From: Candidatus Merdousia sp.
Lineage (GTDB): Bacteria > Verrucomicrobiota > Verrucomicrobiia > Opitutales > Intestinicryptomonadaceae
Assembly: GCA_048390825.1 (NCBI GenBank)
Contig: DBGCYC010000052.1
Span: 4,119-68,118, forward strand
Length of the DNA stretch: 64,000 nt
Reading direction: 5' to 3'
The notes beneath the pieces are model-generated. The model searched no databases. It saw only the letters and a program-made list of their open reading frames with translations, and was not told where the DNA came from. The translations under genes and the position numbers were made by a program. Shown one piece after another: positions 1-9,767 of the stretch; within the stretch, counting starts at the first letter, position 1, and the number at the start of each line of letters is the position of its first letter.

Positions 1-790
1 TCATCAGATCCGAGTCTCCGAATTTGCTCCACTTGCCGCGGATTGCGCCCATTTTGCGGTTTGGATCCTCGCCGAGCAGTCCGTTTACGGCGGTCTTGCC
101 GAGCGCCACCACGACCTGCGGCCTGACTATCGCTATCTGCGCCTCCAAATAGGGGAGACAGTAGGCCATCTCCTCGCTCGTCGGGGGGCGGTTTCCGCGG
201 GAGGTCGGCATTTCGGGGCGCCAGTTCATAATGTTGCCGATGTAAACCTCCTCCCTTTTGAGGCCCATTGCGGTGATGATTTTCGTGAGCAGCTGTCCGG
301 CCCTGCCGACGAACGGGATCCCCTGGATTTCCTCGTCCGCTCCGGGAGCCTCGCCGCAGAAGAAGATTTTCGCCGACAGGCTGCCTATGCCGAACACGAC
401 TTTCTTGCCGGGCTTCACATGGGCGTTGCACACGGGATCGGAGAGCACGATGTTCCGCAGGGCTTCCCACTTTTCGGCGGGGGAACCGTCCGGGAGCTCG
501 AAGGGTTTTGGGTCTGGAATTGTTCGGGTTTGGGGTCGAGATGCCACGATTTTCACCTGTTTGGGAGCGTATTCTTTTTTTGCCTCGATTTTCAAATCCT
601 CGGCGGCGGCGAACTTCACCTCTTCCGGCTCGTCGTCCGAGGATATCTCGGAGCGCATTTCCGCCGCGAGCTCGTCGGCCTGCATTCTGCGCAGAATCCG
701 CAGGGAGTCGTCGTCGAGCGGGACGCTGTCGCTCCCCTCCCCGAGCATGCGCTTCAGCTCGTCCGCGATCGTTTCGAGAAATTCCCTCAT
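1..790 (-). CDS. Uracil-DNA glycosylase family 4 (3' end runs off window)
   Basis: Manual translation from ATG at 790 gives ...KIFFCGEAPGADEEIQGIPFVGRAGQLL...NIMNWRP...NRPP...C..YL...VVVALGKTA, the family-4 UDG motifs; absent from the ORF track because it is truncated. Confidence 0.9.
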   Translation of the reverse strand, partial: MREFLETIADELKRMLGEGSDSVPLDDDSLRILRRMQADELAAEMRSEISSDDEPEEVKFAAAEDLKIEAKKEYAPKQVKIVASRPQTRTIPDPKPFELPDGSPAEKWEALRNIVLSDPVCNAHVKPGKKVVFGIGSLSAKIFFCGEAPGADEEIQGIPFVGRAGQLLTKIITAMGLKREEVYIGNIMNWRPEMPTSRGNRPPTSEEMAYCLPYLEAQIAIVRPQVVVALGKTAVNGLLGEDPNRKMGAIRGKWSKFGDSDLM

Positions 791-791
791 G

Positions 792-1367
792 TCAGCCTTC
801 CGAAGCCCCCAGAATGCGGGCGGCCGCGCCGATTATTTCGCCCGTTTCCGCGAGCCTTCCGACCCCGGACGTTCCGCACGCGAGGCCTCCCTCGCCGGGG
901 CCCACGAATTTTACGCCGTCGCGCAGCAGCGTCTCGATATTTCTCTTCACCGCCGGATTGGCGTACATGGCGGAGTTCATCGCGGGGGCTATGAGGACGG
1001 GGCATGAAACCGCGAGGTAGATGGAGGACAGCAGGTCGGGCGCGAGCCCGTGCGCGAAATTGCCTATCGTGTTTGCGGTCGCCGGGGCGACGAGCAGGAG
1101 GTCTGCGGATTCGGCCAGCGATATGTGCTCGGGCTTCCAGTCGGTTATTTCGTCCCACATGCAGGAGTGGACTTTGTTGCGCGAGAGCGTCTGGAATATT
1201 CTCGGGCTGACGAGCCTTTTCGCGTTTTCGGTCATGACCACACGAACTTCGGCGCCGAGGCGGACGAGGGCGGAGGCGAGCTCGGCGGCCTTGCAGACCG
1301 CTATCGAGCTGCACACCCCCAAAACAATGCTCTTTCCGTCCAGCGATTCCCTCTTTTTATTTTGCAT
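792..1367 (-). CDS. coaC: Phosphopantothenoylcysteine decarboxylase (CoaC half of CoaBC), flavoprotein
   Basis: IVLGVCSSIA..KA, HISLA, APATANTIG, PAMN..M, G.LACG..G.GRLAE; start re-placed at MQNKK. Confidence 0.88.
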   Translation of the reverse strand: MQNKKRESLDGKSIVLGVCSSIAVCKAAELASALVRLGAEVRVVMTENAKRLVSPRIFQTLSRNKVHSCMWDEITDWKPEHISLAESADLLLVAPATANTIGNFAHGLAPDLLSSIYLAVSCPVLIAPAMNSAMYANPAVKRNIETLLRDGVKFVGPGEGGLACGTSGVGRLAETGEIIGAAARILGASEG

Positions 1368-1412
1368 GAAAAAAATTTTTACATTTGCCGCGCAAAGTGC
1401 AAGCTGTTTCGC

Positions 1413-2180
1413 ATGTCGGGTTTCAGGGCATATTGCGATTTTTCGGATTTCGGCGGCGGCGAAAACGTGCGCGCGGGGGATTTTGTGCGCCTCGGGGCCG
1501 GTGAGAGCCGCCATCTCTGCGGCTCGCTCAGGGCGCGCGCGGGGGACTCTGCGGACGTTTTCGACCTGCGCGGCAACGTGTTCGCTTGCTCGCTGGCGGA
1601 GGCCTCCCAGAAATCCGCCGTCCTCGAAGTCCGCGAAAGGATCGTCCCGCCGGAGCCGTCGCCGAAAATTTTCATCGCGCAGTGCCTGCCCAAATCCGCG
1701 GCTTTCGACGAGATAATCCGGCAGGGCGTGGAGCTCGGCGCGGCGGGGATATTTCCGCTGGCCTCCGAAAGGGCGGTCGTGAGGATAGACCCGGCGGAGG
1801 CGGACAGGAAGGCGCGCAAATGGGCGGACAAATGCGCCGAGGCCGTAAAGCAGTCCGCGAACCTCTCCAGATTCGAGATGTCGCACCCATCGCCTCTTTC
1901 TGATTTTCTCGCCTCGTCGGGGCGGTTCGACGCGAAGATTGTAGCGAGCCTCCGCGGAAACGCGAGGCCCGTTTTGGGCCTGATGTCCTCCGAATTTTCC
2001 GGCGGCGCCGGGAGCGTGTGCATACTGATAGGCCCCGAGGGGGACTTGACCGACCGCGAGTACGACGCCGCCGAGCGCGCCGGGTTCCTGCCCGCATCGC
2101 TCGGGGAAAACGTCATGAAATGCGACACCGCCGCGGTGTGCGCGCTCGCGGTCGCAAAGGCCTTTTTCGGGCGGAAGTAA
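1413..2180 (+). CDS. rsmE: 16S rRNA m3U1498 methyltransferase
   Basis: HL..SLR, ELGA..I.PL.SER, EAVKQS, LIGPEGDLT..E, SLG.NVMKCDTAA; start re-placed at MSGFR. Confidence 0.9.
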   Translation: MSGFRAYCDFSDFGGGENVRAGDFVRLGAGESRHLCGSLRARAGDSADVFDLRGNVFACSLAEASQKSAVLEVRERIVPPEPSPKIFIAQCLPKSAAFDEIIRQGVELGAAGIFPLASERAVVRIDPAEADRKARKWADKCAEAVKQSANLSRFEMSHPSPLSDFLASSGRFDAKIVASLRGNARPVLGLMSSEFSGGAGSVCILIGPEGDLTDREYDAAERAGFLPASLGENVMKCDTAAVCALAVAKAFFGRK

Positions 2181-2207
2181 AAAAATTCGCACAAAAGGGC
2201 GCAAAGG

Positions 2208-3743
2208 GTGTCAATTCAACCCGTGAAACGTTTTAGGAGGAATCTGATATTCTGCCTCGCGGGCTTGTGCGCGCTTTTGGCGGCGGCCGCGGTGTTGCTG
2301 AGGATATCGAGCTTCCGCGGCGAAGACCCCGCCGGGGCGGAGGCGAAGTTTTACGCCCGGAAATTTTCCGAGAGGGCGGGGTGGGGCAATGCGCTCGAAA
2401 TGCTCGCCCGCCAAAACAGGAGGCTCGTTTTCTTCACGGTGAAGGGCTCGCAAAAATACGTTCCTAACGCCAAATTTAAGAGGCTTCTCAACAGGCATTT
2501 TTACGTCGTCGAGATGGATCCGTACCAATGGCCCGCCGACTACAAGATTTTGCAGAGCATTCTCGAGCGCGGCACGGGGGAAGCCAGGGATTTGGAGGGC
2601 GGAATCCTTCTTCCGAACCTCTCGCCGCTGTATTTGTCGTCAAATCTCCGCGGAAATCCCGGCGCGGGGATTCCTCCCGTATCCGAGGCGGCCTCGGCCG
2701 TCGCCGAAAAGTTTTTCAAATATCCCGCAAGCTCCCGCGAGGCCTCCGCGGAACTGCCCGCGCTGCTCTCCGTAAAAAATACGCCGATATCCTCCGCTTT
2801 CTTCGGAAAATTTTCCGAAAGCGGGATAGCCTGGAATATTGAGTCGATAAAGCTCAACGACTTTTTCAGCCGCGACACCTCCGCATATTTCCCGTCGGTC
2901 GTGACCGAAAACGCGAGGCTTGCCGCGAGCATAAGCCGCCTGTCGCCGCGCTTCAAGCTCGCTTGCGAAGCCGCCTCAAAGGCGGGGCGCGTCCTCGAGG
3001 ATATGTTCGACAAAAATCCCCCTCTTATAGAAAAGCTGCTCATCGCCCGGGCGCTCTTCGATCTCGGAATGTCCGGGGGCGGCGGCCCGTCCGGGCGTAT
3101 GTTTTCCTTCGCCGGTCAGATCGCGGGAATGGTGCGCCCGGACGGGCGCATGATGGAGAAGGGAAAGAGCGCCGTGACTTCGGAAAACGCTCTGGCGGTT
3201 CAGGTTCTCTCGCGCGCGGCGTCCGCTTCGGGCGACAGAAAATATTTGGAGGCCGCGGAAAAAATCGGCGACTACCTCGAAATACTCCTGAAAACTTCGA
3301 GCCAGATGCCGTCGATTTCGGACGTTTCGGTTCAGTCGCAGTCGTCCTCGAGGACTTACGCGTTCGTCGCAAAGGCTTTCGCCGATCTGCACTGCCTGAC
3401 CGGAAGCGACAGATACCTCGCGCTGTGCAGAATGCTGATGGACGAGTGGGACAAGCTTTTTATGACCCAGGGCGGAACGTGGTCGATAAACTCGTACTCG
3501 TCCGCCCTGGCCGACGTTGCGCGCCCCGTGATTTTCATGGACGCCCGGATGCCGTCGTATGTGGGGGAGGCCGCGCAGCTCATGGCCTACCTTAAAAAGG
3601 CCGATCCGATGTTTTACGCCCCGTATTCTAAGAAGCTCGAGGACATTTCAATAGGGGCGCTCAAACACTACAGATTCCACGAGTTCTCCATGGCCTCGTG
3701 GAAGCTTTCGCAGGTGCCGGATTTGGAGGAGGCGCGCAGGTAG
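2208..3743 (+). CDS. Membrane-anchored, degenerate YyaL/SPATA20 (DUF255)-like protein
   Basis: N-terminal TM; LLNRHFYVVEMD..QWP resembles the YyaL thioredoxin-like part; C-terminal YLEAAEKI, YAFVAKAFADLH.LTG..RYL, D.RMPS resemble the YyaL alpha/alpha barrel. Confidence 0.5.
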   Translation: MSIQPVKRFRRNLIFCLAGLCALLAAAAVLLRISSFRGEDPAGAEAKFYARKFSERAGWGNALEMLARQNRRLVFFTVKGSQKYVPNAKFKRLLNRHFYVVEMDPYQWPADYKILQSILERGTGEARDLEGGILLPNLSPLYLSSNLRGNPGAGIPPVSEAASAVAEKFFKYPASSREASAELPALLSVKNTPISSAFFGKFSESGIAWNIESIKLNDFFSRDTSAYFPSVVTENARLAASISRLSPRFKLACEAASKAGRVLEDMFDKNPPLIEKLLIARALFDLGMSGGGGPSGRMFSFAGQIAGMVRPDGRMMEKGKSAVTSENALAVQVLSRAASASGDRKYLEAAEKIGDYLEILLKTSSQMPSISDVSVQSQSSSRTYAFVAKAFADLHCLTGSDRYLALCRMLMDEWDKLFMTQGGTWSINSYSSALADVARPVIFMDARMPSYVGEAAQLMAYLKKADPMFYAPYSKKLEDISIGALKHYRFHEFSMASWKLSQVPDLEEARR

Positions 3744-3746
3744 GCG

Positions 3747-6700
3747 CTACCACCTTATGTGCGATTCGGTGTCGTACAGCCCGAACGGATCCTCCGCGTA
3801 GGGGAAGTGCGGGCTGCCGGCGGGGGCGGCTCCGGGGTTTTCCAGCCGGTCGGCGAGCGCGGGAAAAGGTTTTCCGCATCTGGCCTCCGCGAGGTTTTTC
3901 ATTTGCAGGAACCTGTTTCTGAGCGCGAGCGCGCTCCACACGTGCGACGAGCTTTTCCCGAGCTTTTTCCCGAGCTCCATCTCCTCCCCGAGCGGGTTTT
4001 TCGGGAAGTTGAGAAATACGGCCCTGCCGGCGCCGACGCGCTTTTCGACGGCAAATGCGGGGTTCGTCAGCGGTACTATCCCGCCGCCTTCGAGCGTCCG
4101 TATCTCCTGCGGAACCCTGAAGAATCTGTCCCGGGCGGTCAGCGCGCCCCAGTATTTTTCGCCCGCCTTTTCTACCGAAAAGGCGGATATTTTCTGCGCC
4201 TGCCCGGCGGAGATCCCGAAGGCCGCGAGCGTCTTTTCATCGGGATTTTCTACGACCGCGCACGCGCCCGCGGAGACTTCCGCCGCAAGGCGTTCGGGCG
4301 AAAGCGCCGCCGCGTCCGCGAATTTCGGAGGGGCGGATTTTGAGCGCATTTGGGAGAGCGCCAAGACCGCCGCGCGCACGATGCGCGCCGCCGCGGGCTC
4401 GCCCGTTCTGCCGCTCGCCTCGAGCTGGCAGAAGGCGATTTCGCCCCCGCCGGAGGATATGAAGAACAGGGGGGAATACGCGAGGTCCATTCCGCAGACG
4501 AGCGATATTTTGAAGTCGCCGAGCTCCGGCCTCATTATCGGGTACGCCGAGACGGTGTTGAGGTTTTTCCAGTGCCAGAATGGGCTCGGAACCTCGTTTT
4601 CGCGCTCGGCGGATATTTCGGGAAGCGGCTTGTTGGGGGCGTGCGCGCCGTCGCCGCGCCAGTCTGAAAAATCCTCCGGCGAAAGCCCCTTCGGCAGCGG
4701 AAGGCCGGTCGCAAAAATTTTCCGGGAATACACCGGGGCGGCCATGATCCCTATGCGCTTCAGAAGCTCGGGCTTCTGCTCGAGCAGCAGCACGGACAGC
4801 TTTCCGGAGTTGACGCGCGCGGCGAGGGAGTTTTTTCTCGCAAAGTCGAAAAATTTGTCGTCGAGGGCGTCGCGGGCGACTATCAGCACGTCGGCCCCGC
4901 CGAGGCCGGAAGATGCGGCGTCGGAGAACTTGATCCCGCAGGCGGAGAGGATTTCCGCGCTGCCCTTGTCGGAGCCGAAGAGCGCGCAGCGCGCGGCGGC
5001 CGGTTCCGGGGTTTTTGCGAACGACCTGATTTTTACCCTGTCGCGCGATTCGGGGAGCCCGTCCGCCGATGCCGAGAGCTCTATAAAATATTCGGCGTCC
5101 CCGCCGGTTTCCGGAAGCGCGAATTTTATCGGGACCTTCCCGATTCCGGCCGGGGCGAGCCTTACCGTTTCCGCCTCCTCGGCAATTTTTCCGCCTTTGC
5201 CGGACGCCCGCCAGGACACTTTCACCTCCGTTTCGCGGCGCGTGTCGTTTACGACAATCGCGGTTCTCGAAACATTTTCGCCCTCGAAAAAGTTTGCGGA
5301 CTGGTCGGCGGGCTCGTCCTCCGTGCCGCCGATGAAGGCCTTGAAGGGCTCGAGCGCCCCCATGAGGGCGTCCCGGGCGGGAAGGGGATTTTCGGGGTCG
5401 AACTCCGCAAGGTACGGCATTTTTATGACGTCGGGGTGGAGCCCGGAGGCTCTGAAATCGTCCTGTTTTACCTTGTATTCTTTCGCGTCGTACCAGTTGC
5501 GCGGATCCGACTGCGTGCGGTAGAGGTAAAAGAGCTCGGCGAACGGAGATATCCCCGACATTCCGAAACCGCGCCAGTATTTTATGGTCTCCGAAAGCAT
5601 TTGCGATTTCATCTTCTGCATGATTTCGGTGTCGTAGTACGCGCGCGAGTCGAGGCCGCGGGTCGAGAGCTCCGTCTGGGCGAAGAGGTCGGGGTCGGGC
5701 ATTTCGTAGGCGGCGTCGCCGAAATAGCGCGCGGCGCTCTCGTAGGCGAACAGCGGCTTGTGCCCCCCGAACCTGTCCATTCCGTAGTAGCTGTTGACGT
5801 ACGGGAAAGACGTCTCGATTATATGGAGGGGTTTCCTGCCGATTTTGGCCCACTCCTGCGGCCACGCGTTTTTCTCGGTCTGCGGCCACCAGCAGAAGTA
5901 GGCGTTGCTGGTGATGAGTTCCCCGAAGTTCCCTCCGGCCTGGAAAAAGTACGGTCGGTCGGGGTCGTACTTGCGCATTATCTCGACGCCGCTCATGCAG
6001 ACTTCCGCCTTGCGCCTCTTGTCGCCCGACGGAAGGTAGCCGTCCGCCATTTTCAGCGGGTGGTAGTCGAGCCCGTATCCGAGGAAGTTGGTGGAGAGAA
6101 AATACATGACGTTTGACGGGTGGTTGCGCCATTTGCGTATGACGGAGGCCATGTACTTTTCGAGTCCGGCGCGCGTTTTGGGGTCGTTCCAGAGCGTGTA
6201 GGTTTTTGCGGTGACGCCTTTGAGGCAGACGAAGAGCAGCAGCCCCTCCTCGTCGCAGGCCCGTATGATGTTTTTGAAGTGCGAATCCTTCGCGTCAACG
6301 GGGAAGAGCCCGCGGGCGGAGTTGTATCCGAGCTTCTTGAGCGTGCGCGCGGTCTTGACCGCCTCCTCGTAGGTCGCCGTGCTGTTGCCCCACGAGTCGT
6401 GGTTGAAAAGGCGGATTTTTTTGCCGTTGAGCACGTAGTCTTTCCCGTCTATTTCAAAAGTCCTGAACCCGAATCTGAAAGGCTCGCACGAGTCTATGGC
6501 CTTCCCGTCGGAGCCGACGAGCTCAAAGCGGCACGCATAGAGATAGGGGCTGTCCACGTCCCAGAGTTTCGCGTTCTTCCATTCCGCGGAAAACGCGGCA
6601 GGCTTTTCTTCTCCGGCGCCGATCTCGAAGGGTTCGCTCTCGAGCTTTTCCGGCGCGTTCTCTCCCTCCACAACGGCGCGCAGGACGAACTTCCCGGCCG

Positions 6701-8735
6701 TCCCGGAATTGTTTTTCACGAGCGCCTCAAATGCTATTTTCCCCTCTTTGACAAAAGTCCGGACGGCGGGGAACTCTATGCGCGTGCGGGGCTTTGCCTG
6801 CAAATAGACGTCGCCCTTTATGCCGCGCCAGTTCCACCTTCCGCCCTCGTCCTCGAGGCGCACGGTGACGAAGTTCCAGTCCCCGTAGCGTATGTCGGAC
6901 GGCTGCAGGGCGGCCTCGCTGTCGAATCCGTCGGCGAACCTGGCGATTTCCCTCCCGTTGAAGTACACGGCCGCGTTTTGGGACATTCCGAAGTCCTCGA
7001 ACAGAAGCGAAACGTCCATGCCCTTCCATTTTTCGTCTATGACAAACGCGCGCTCGAGGACTGACTCGGTGTACTCGTGCAGCGGCCTGCCCCCCATTTT
7101 GAACCTCTCGGAGAGCGCGGAGAGGTTTTTGTCGCGCAGGCGGAAAATCGCGTCGCTCTTGCCGTTTTCCCACCCGCTGTACCTGCCGGGCACGGCGAGA
7201 TAGTAGGGCCCGGCGTCCCCGGAGGCCGGCAGCGACAGCCTCCAGAGGGCGTTCAGGACAATTTTCTCGCGCGCGGGTGTTTTGAAGGTTTCCGCGCCGT
7301 CGGGCGACCAAATCGCCTTTTCGGAATCGCGGACCCTGTGTATTTTGAGCTTCGCGGAGCGGGAGGCTGCGGCCTTTTTCGACTGCGCCTTCCTGACTTT
7401 CGAGAGCTCCTGCGGGGAAAGGAGATCCGGGCACATGACGAGCTCGTCGATTACGCCCTCGGCCTGGGTTTTTGAATATGTGTCGGAGTCGGGAGTGTCG
7501 CCGAGAACCAGCCGCCCCGGGCCCATGTCGTCCGGCGCGCCGAAGGGCAGCCTGCCGCCCGCCCTTTCGCCGCCTATTGCGCCGTAAAACTCTTTGGAGC
7601 CGAGGTCGAACCCGAAGCATATTCTCGCATGCTGCCCTTTCTTTAAGAGGGCGGCGGGCAGGGAAACCCTTTCGCTCCCGCCGGGGGAGGAAACCTTAAA
7701 CGCGACTTTCCCCCCCTCCTTGACGATTTCAAATTTGAGCGAGCCCGACGAGCCCGCCATGAGCCCGTGCGTTCCGGCGTCCGACGCGCCGTCCCAGTCG
7801 GGCGCGAAGTAAAAGAGCATCGACTGCGCCTTCGACGACATTCCCTCGACCTCGGTGAGGCGCGCGACGGCCTTGCGGTCGTAACCGTGCCGCGACATCT
7901 TTATGCCTTTGCCGAATTTTCCGTCTGTGAAAATCGTCTCGGCCGACTGGAAGGACGCGCCGGAGCGCGGGTCTATCCTGCCTTCAAACGGGACGTAGAG
8001 GAAGGGGTCGAGGCGTTTCCCGCCGGGCGCGGAATTCATCGCTTCGGCGATTTCGCCGCGGGAGAGCGGGCGGTTGAAAATTTTGAACTCGTCTATCCCG
8101 CCGTCGAGCTGGTCGGATACCGAATACGTCATGGCTCCAATTTCGATCTCCCGCTGCGGGGCGCCGACCTCCCCGCCGGAATTGCGGTTGTAGACGGCCT
8201 CGTTGCCGTTTATGAAAAGCCTCATTCCCGCCCCGTCGTAGACGAGCGCCGCGTGCGTCCACGCGCCCGGGGGAAAGGAGGATTCGCTCACGTCGAGCCC
8301 CCTGTGGCGGTTTTCTTTGTCGAGGTACGAGGCGTTGAGCTTCCCCCACCTGTCGAACTGCATGTAGACGTTGCCGGAGTTCCACCCGAAGTTTGTCCTG
8401 AATATGGAGCGGTGCCGGTCGCCCTTTCTGATCTTGTCGGGGTTTATCCAGAAGCATACCGTCCAGCCGCTTTCCGGCATGGCGGAGCCCACGGAGTACC
8501 AGAGGTCGCCTACCCCCGATTTCTGGCGGAAGGCGAGCGCGTCCCCGTATTTTCCGGGAATCTTCTCGGGCGCGGGCTCGGGAATCCGCAGGAGTTTTGC
8601 CCCGTCGAGGGCGATGTCGGGCTCGAGCCCCTTGTCGAACGAGGCGTAAAATCGCAGGGGGCTTTCCTGCGGCCCGGAGGCGAAAGCGGCGGAAGCCGCG
8701 CATACTGCGGCGAAAATTGCTGTCTGAAAATTCAT
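3747..8735 (-). CDS. Large secreted glycoside hydrolase: two LamG-like domains plus GH2-like sugar-binding/Ig/TIM-barrel
   Basis: Signal peptide MNFQTAIF...; LamG motifs WTHAALVYDG..MRLFING and GGIDEFKIFNRPLS; GH2-like LWDVDSPYLY, FGFRTFEIDGKDYVLNGK, WRNHPS. Confidence 0.8.
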   Translation of the reverse strand: MNFQTAIFAAVCAASAAFASGPQESPLRFYASFDKGLEPDIALDGAKLLRIPEPAPEKIPGKYGDALAFRQKSGVGDLWYSVGSAMPESGWTVCFWINPDKIRKGDRHRSIFRTNFGWNSGNVYMQFDRWGKLNASYLDKENRHRGLDVSESSFPPGAWTHAALVYDGAGMRLFINGNEAVYNRNSGGEVGAPQREIEIGAMTYSVSDQLDGGIDEFKIFNRPLSRGEIAEAMNSAPGGKRLDPFLYVPFEGRIDPRSGASFQSAETIFTDGKFGKGIKMSRHGYDRKAVARLTEVEGMSSKAQSMLFYFAPDWDGASDAGTHGLMAGSSGSLKFEIVKEGGKVAFKVSSPGGSERVSLPAALLKKGQHARICFGFDLGSKEFYGAIGGERAGGRLPFGAPDDMGPGRLVLGDTPDSDTYSKTQAEGVIDELVMCPDLLSPQELSKVRKAQSKKAAASRSAKLKIHRVRDSEKAIWSPDGAETFKTPAREKIVLNALWRLSLPASGDAGPYYLAVPGRYSGWENGKSDAIFRLRDKNLSALSERFKMGGRPLHEYTESVLERAFVIDEKWKGMDVSLLFEDFGMSQNAAVYFNGREIARFADGFDSEAALQPSDIRYGDWNFVTVRLEDEGGRWNWRGIKGDVYLQAKPRTRIEFPAVRTFVKEGKIAFEALVKNNSGTAGKFVLRAVVEGENAPEKLESEPFEIGAGEEKPAAFSAEWKNAKLWDVDSPYLYACRFELVGSDGKAIDSCEPFRFGFRTFEIDGKDYVLNGKKIRLFNHDSWGNSTATYEEAVKTARTLKKLGYNSARGLFPVDAKDSHFKNIIRACDEEGLLLFVCLKGVTAKTYTLWNDPKTRAGLEKYMASVIRKWRNHPSNVMYFLSTNFLGYGLDYHPLKMADGYLPSGDKRRKAEVCMSGVEIMRKYDPDRPYFFQAGGNFGELITSNAYFCWWPQTEKNAWPQEWAKIGRKPLHIIETSFPYVNSYYGMDRFGGHKPLFAYESAARYFGDAAYEMPDPDLFAQTELSTRGLDSRAYYDTEIMQKMKSQMLSETIKYWRGFGMSGISPFAELFYLYRTQSDPRNWYDAKEYKVKQDDFRASGLHPDVIKMPYLAEFDPENPLPARDALMGALEPFKAFIGGTEDEPADQSANFFEGENVSRTAIVVNDTRRETEVKVSWRASGKGGKIAEEAETVRLAPAGIGKVPIKFALPETGGDAEYFIELSASADGLPESRDRVKIRSFAKTPEPAAARCALFGSDKGSAEILSACGIKFSDAASSGLGGADVLIVARDALDDKFFDFARKNSLAARVNSGKLSVLLLEQKPELLKRIGIMAAPVYSRKIFATGLPLPKGLSPEDFSDWRGDGAHAPNKPLPEISAERENEVPSPFWHWKNLNTVSAYPIMRPELGDFKISLVCGMDLAYSPLFFISSGGGEIAFCQLEASGRTGEPAAARIVRAAVLALSQMRSKSAPPKFADAAALSPERLAAEVSAGACAVVENPDEKTLAAFGISAGQAQKISAFSVEKAGEKYWGALTARDRFFRVPQEIRTLEGGGIVPLTNPAFAVEKRVGAGRAVFLNFPKNPLGEEMELGKKLGKSSSHVWSALALRNRFLQMKNLAEARCGKPFPALADRLENPGAAPAGSPHFPYAEDPFGLYDTESHIRW

Positions 8736-8828
8736 AGTCGCAAACGACGCTATCTTTTCCCGGCGGATTTGCAAACACAAAAGGCGTTTATGCTTGCCAA
8801 AACCCCGTGCTGCGGCGAAATTTCAGGC

Positions 8829-9038
8829 ATGTCGAAGATAAAAATCAGGGCCAACGGCGGGGAATATTCCGCCGACGACTCCCAGACGGTCGCAGACTTT
8901 ATAGAGTCCCTCGGGATAAACCCGCGCAGGTGCGTGGTTGAGCACAACTCCAAGCCGATGCGCTACGATGATTTTTCCCGCGCCGCGCTTTCGGACGGGG
9001 ACGTTCTGGAAGTCATGCAAATCGTCGCGGGGGGCTGA
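8829..9038 (+). CDS. thiS: Sulfur carrier protein ThiS
   Basis: 69 aa, I.ANG..., VVEHN, LSDGDVLEVMQIVAGG C-terminal GG; overlaps the thiF start (TGATG). Confidence 0.9.
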   Translation: MSKIKIRANGGEYSADDSQTVADFIESLGINPRRCVVEHNSKPMRYDDFSRAALSDGDVLEVMQIVAGG

Positions 9039-9748
9039 TGGATTCCTTCGGAAAATACGCCCGCCAGACGGCCCTCCCGGGATTCGGCGCGGAGGGTCAG
9101 AGGAGGCTCGCGCGCTCATCGGCCGCGGTAATAGGGGCGGGCGGCGTGGGCAGCGGCGCGCTGCCGCTGATGGCGGCCTCGGGAATAGGAAGGCTGCTCG
9201 TGTTCGACTGCGACCGCGTGTGCGCCTCCAACCTCCACCGCCAGACCCTGTACGCGGCGGGGCGGGCGGGGGAATCCAAGGCCGAGCTTGCCGCGGAAAG
9301 GCTTTCCGCGCTGAACCCGGACTGCGAGGTTTTATTTTTCAGCGAGCCGTTCGGGAACTCCGAAAAATTTGTTTCTTTGCTGAAAGGCTGCTCGATTTGC
9401 GTCGACGCCACCGACTCGTTTTCCTCGCGGCTGGCGGTGTCCGCGGCGTGCGCGCGCGCCGGAATCCCGGAGATACTGGCGTCCGCGTCGGGCTACGTCT
9501 GCCAGATGATGGCTTTCGGCGGGGGGTTTTACTTTGACAAATGCGTCGGCTCCGACCCGTCCGCCGCGGGCGAAAAGTCCGCGGGGCTTCCGATATTCCC
9601 GGCGGCCGCGCACCTCGCGGGGGTGTGGGCGGCGGGTTCGGCGGCGGGCTTCCTGTCCGGGTGCATACCGCTCGAAATCGGGGAATTCAGAATGTTCGAC
9701 TTTTCGGTGCCGTCGTACCGCAGGATTGTGATGCGGCAGGCTCCGTAA
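9038..9748 (+). CDS. ThiF/MoeB/HesA family adenylyltransferase
   Basis: YARQ..LPGFG.EGQ.RL, VIGAGGVG, D.V.ASNLHRQ, DATDSF..R. Confidence 0.88.
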   Translation: MDSFGKYARQTALPGFGAEGQRRLARSSAAVIGAGGVGSGALPLMAASGIGRLLVFDCDRVCASNLHRQTLYAAGRAGESKAELAAERLSALNPDCEVLFFSEPFGNSEKFVSLLKGCSICVDATDSFSSRLAVSAACARAGIPEILASASGYVCQMMAFGGGFYFDKCVGSDPSAAGEKSAGLPIFPAAAHLAGVWAAGSAAGFLSGCIPLEIGEFRMFDFSVPSYRRIVMRQAP

Positions 9749-9767
9749 AATTTCAACCGGAAGAACC

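Noticed and set aside
792..2204. 470-aa minus-strand ORF as a single protein
   Set aside because: Only the last 191 codons match CoaC; the rest is antisense to rsmE
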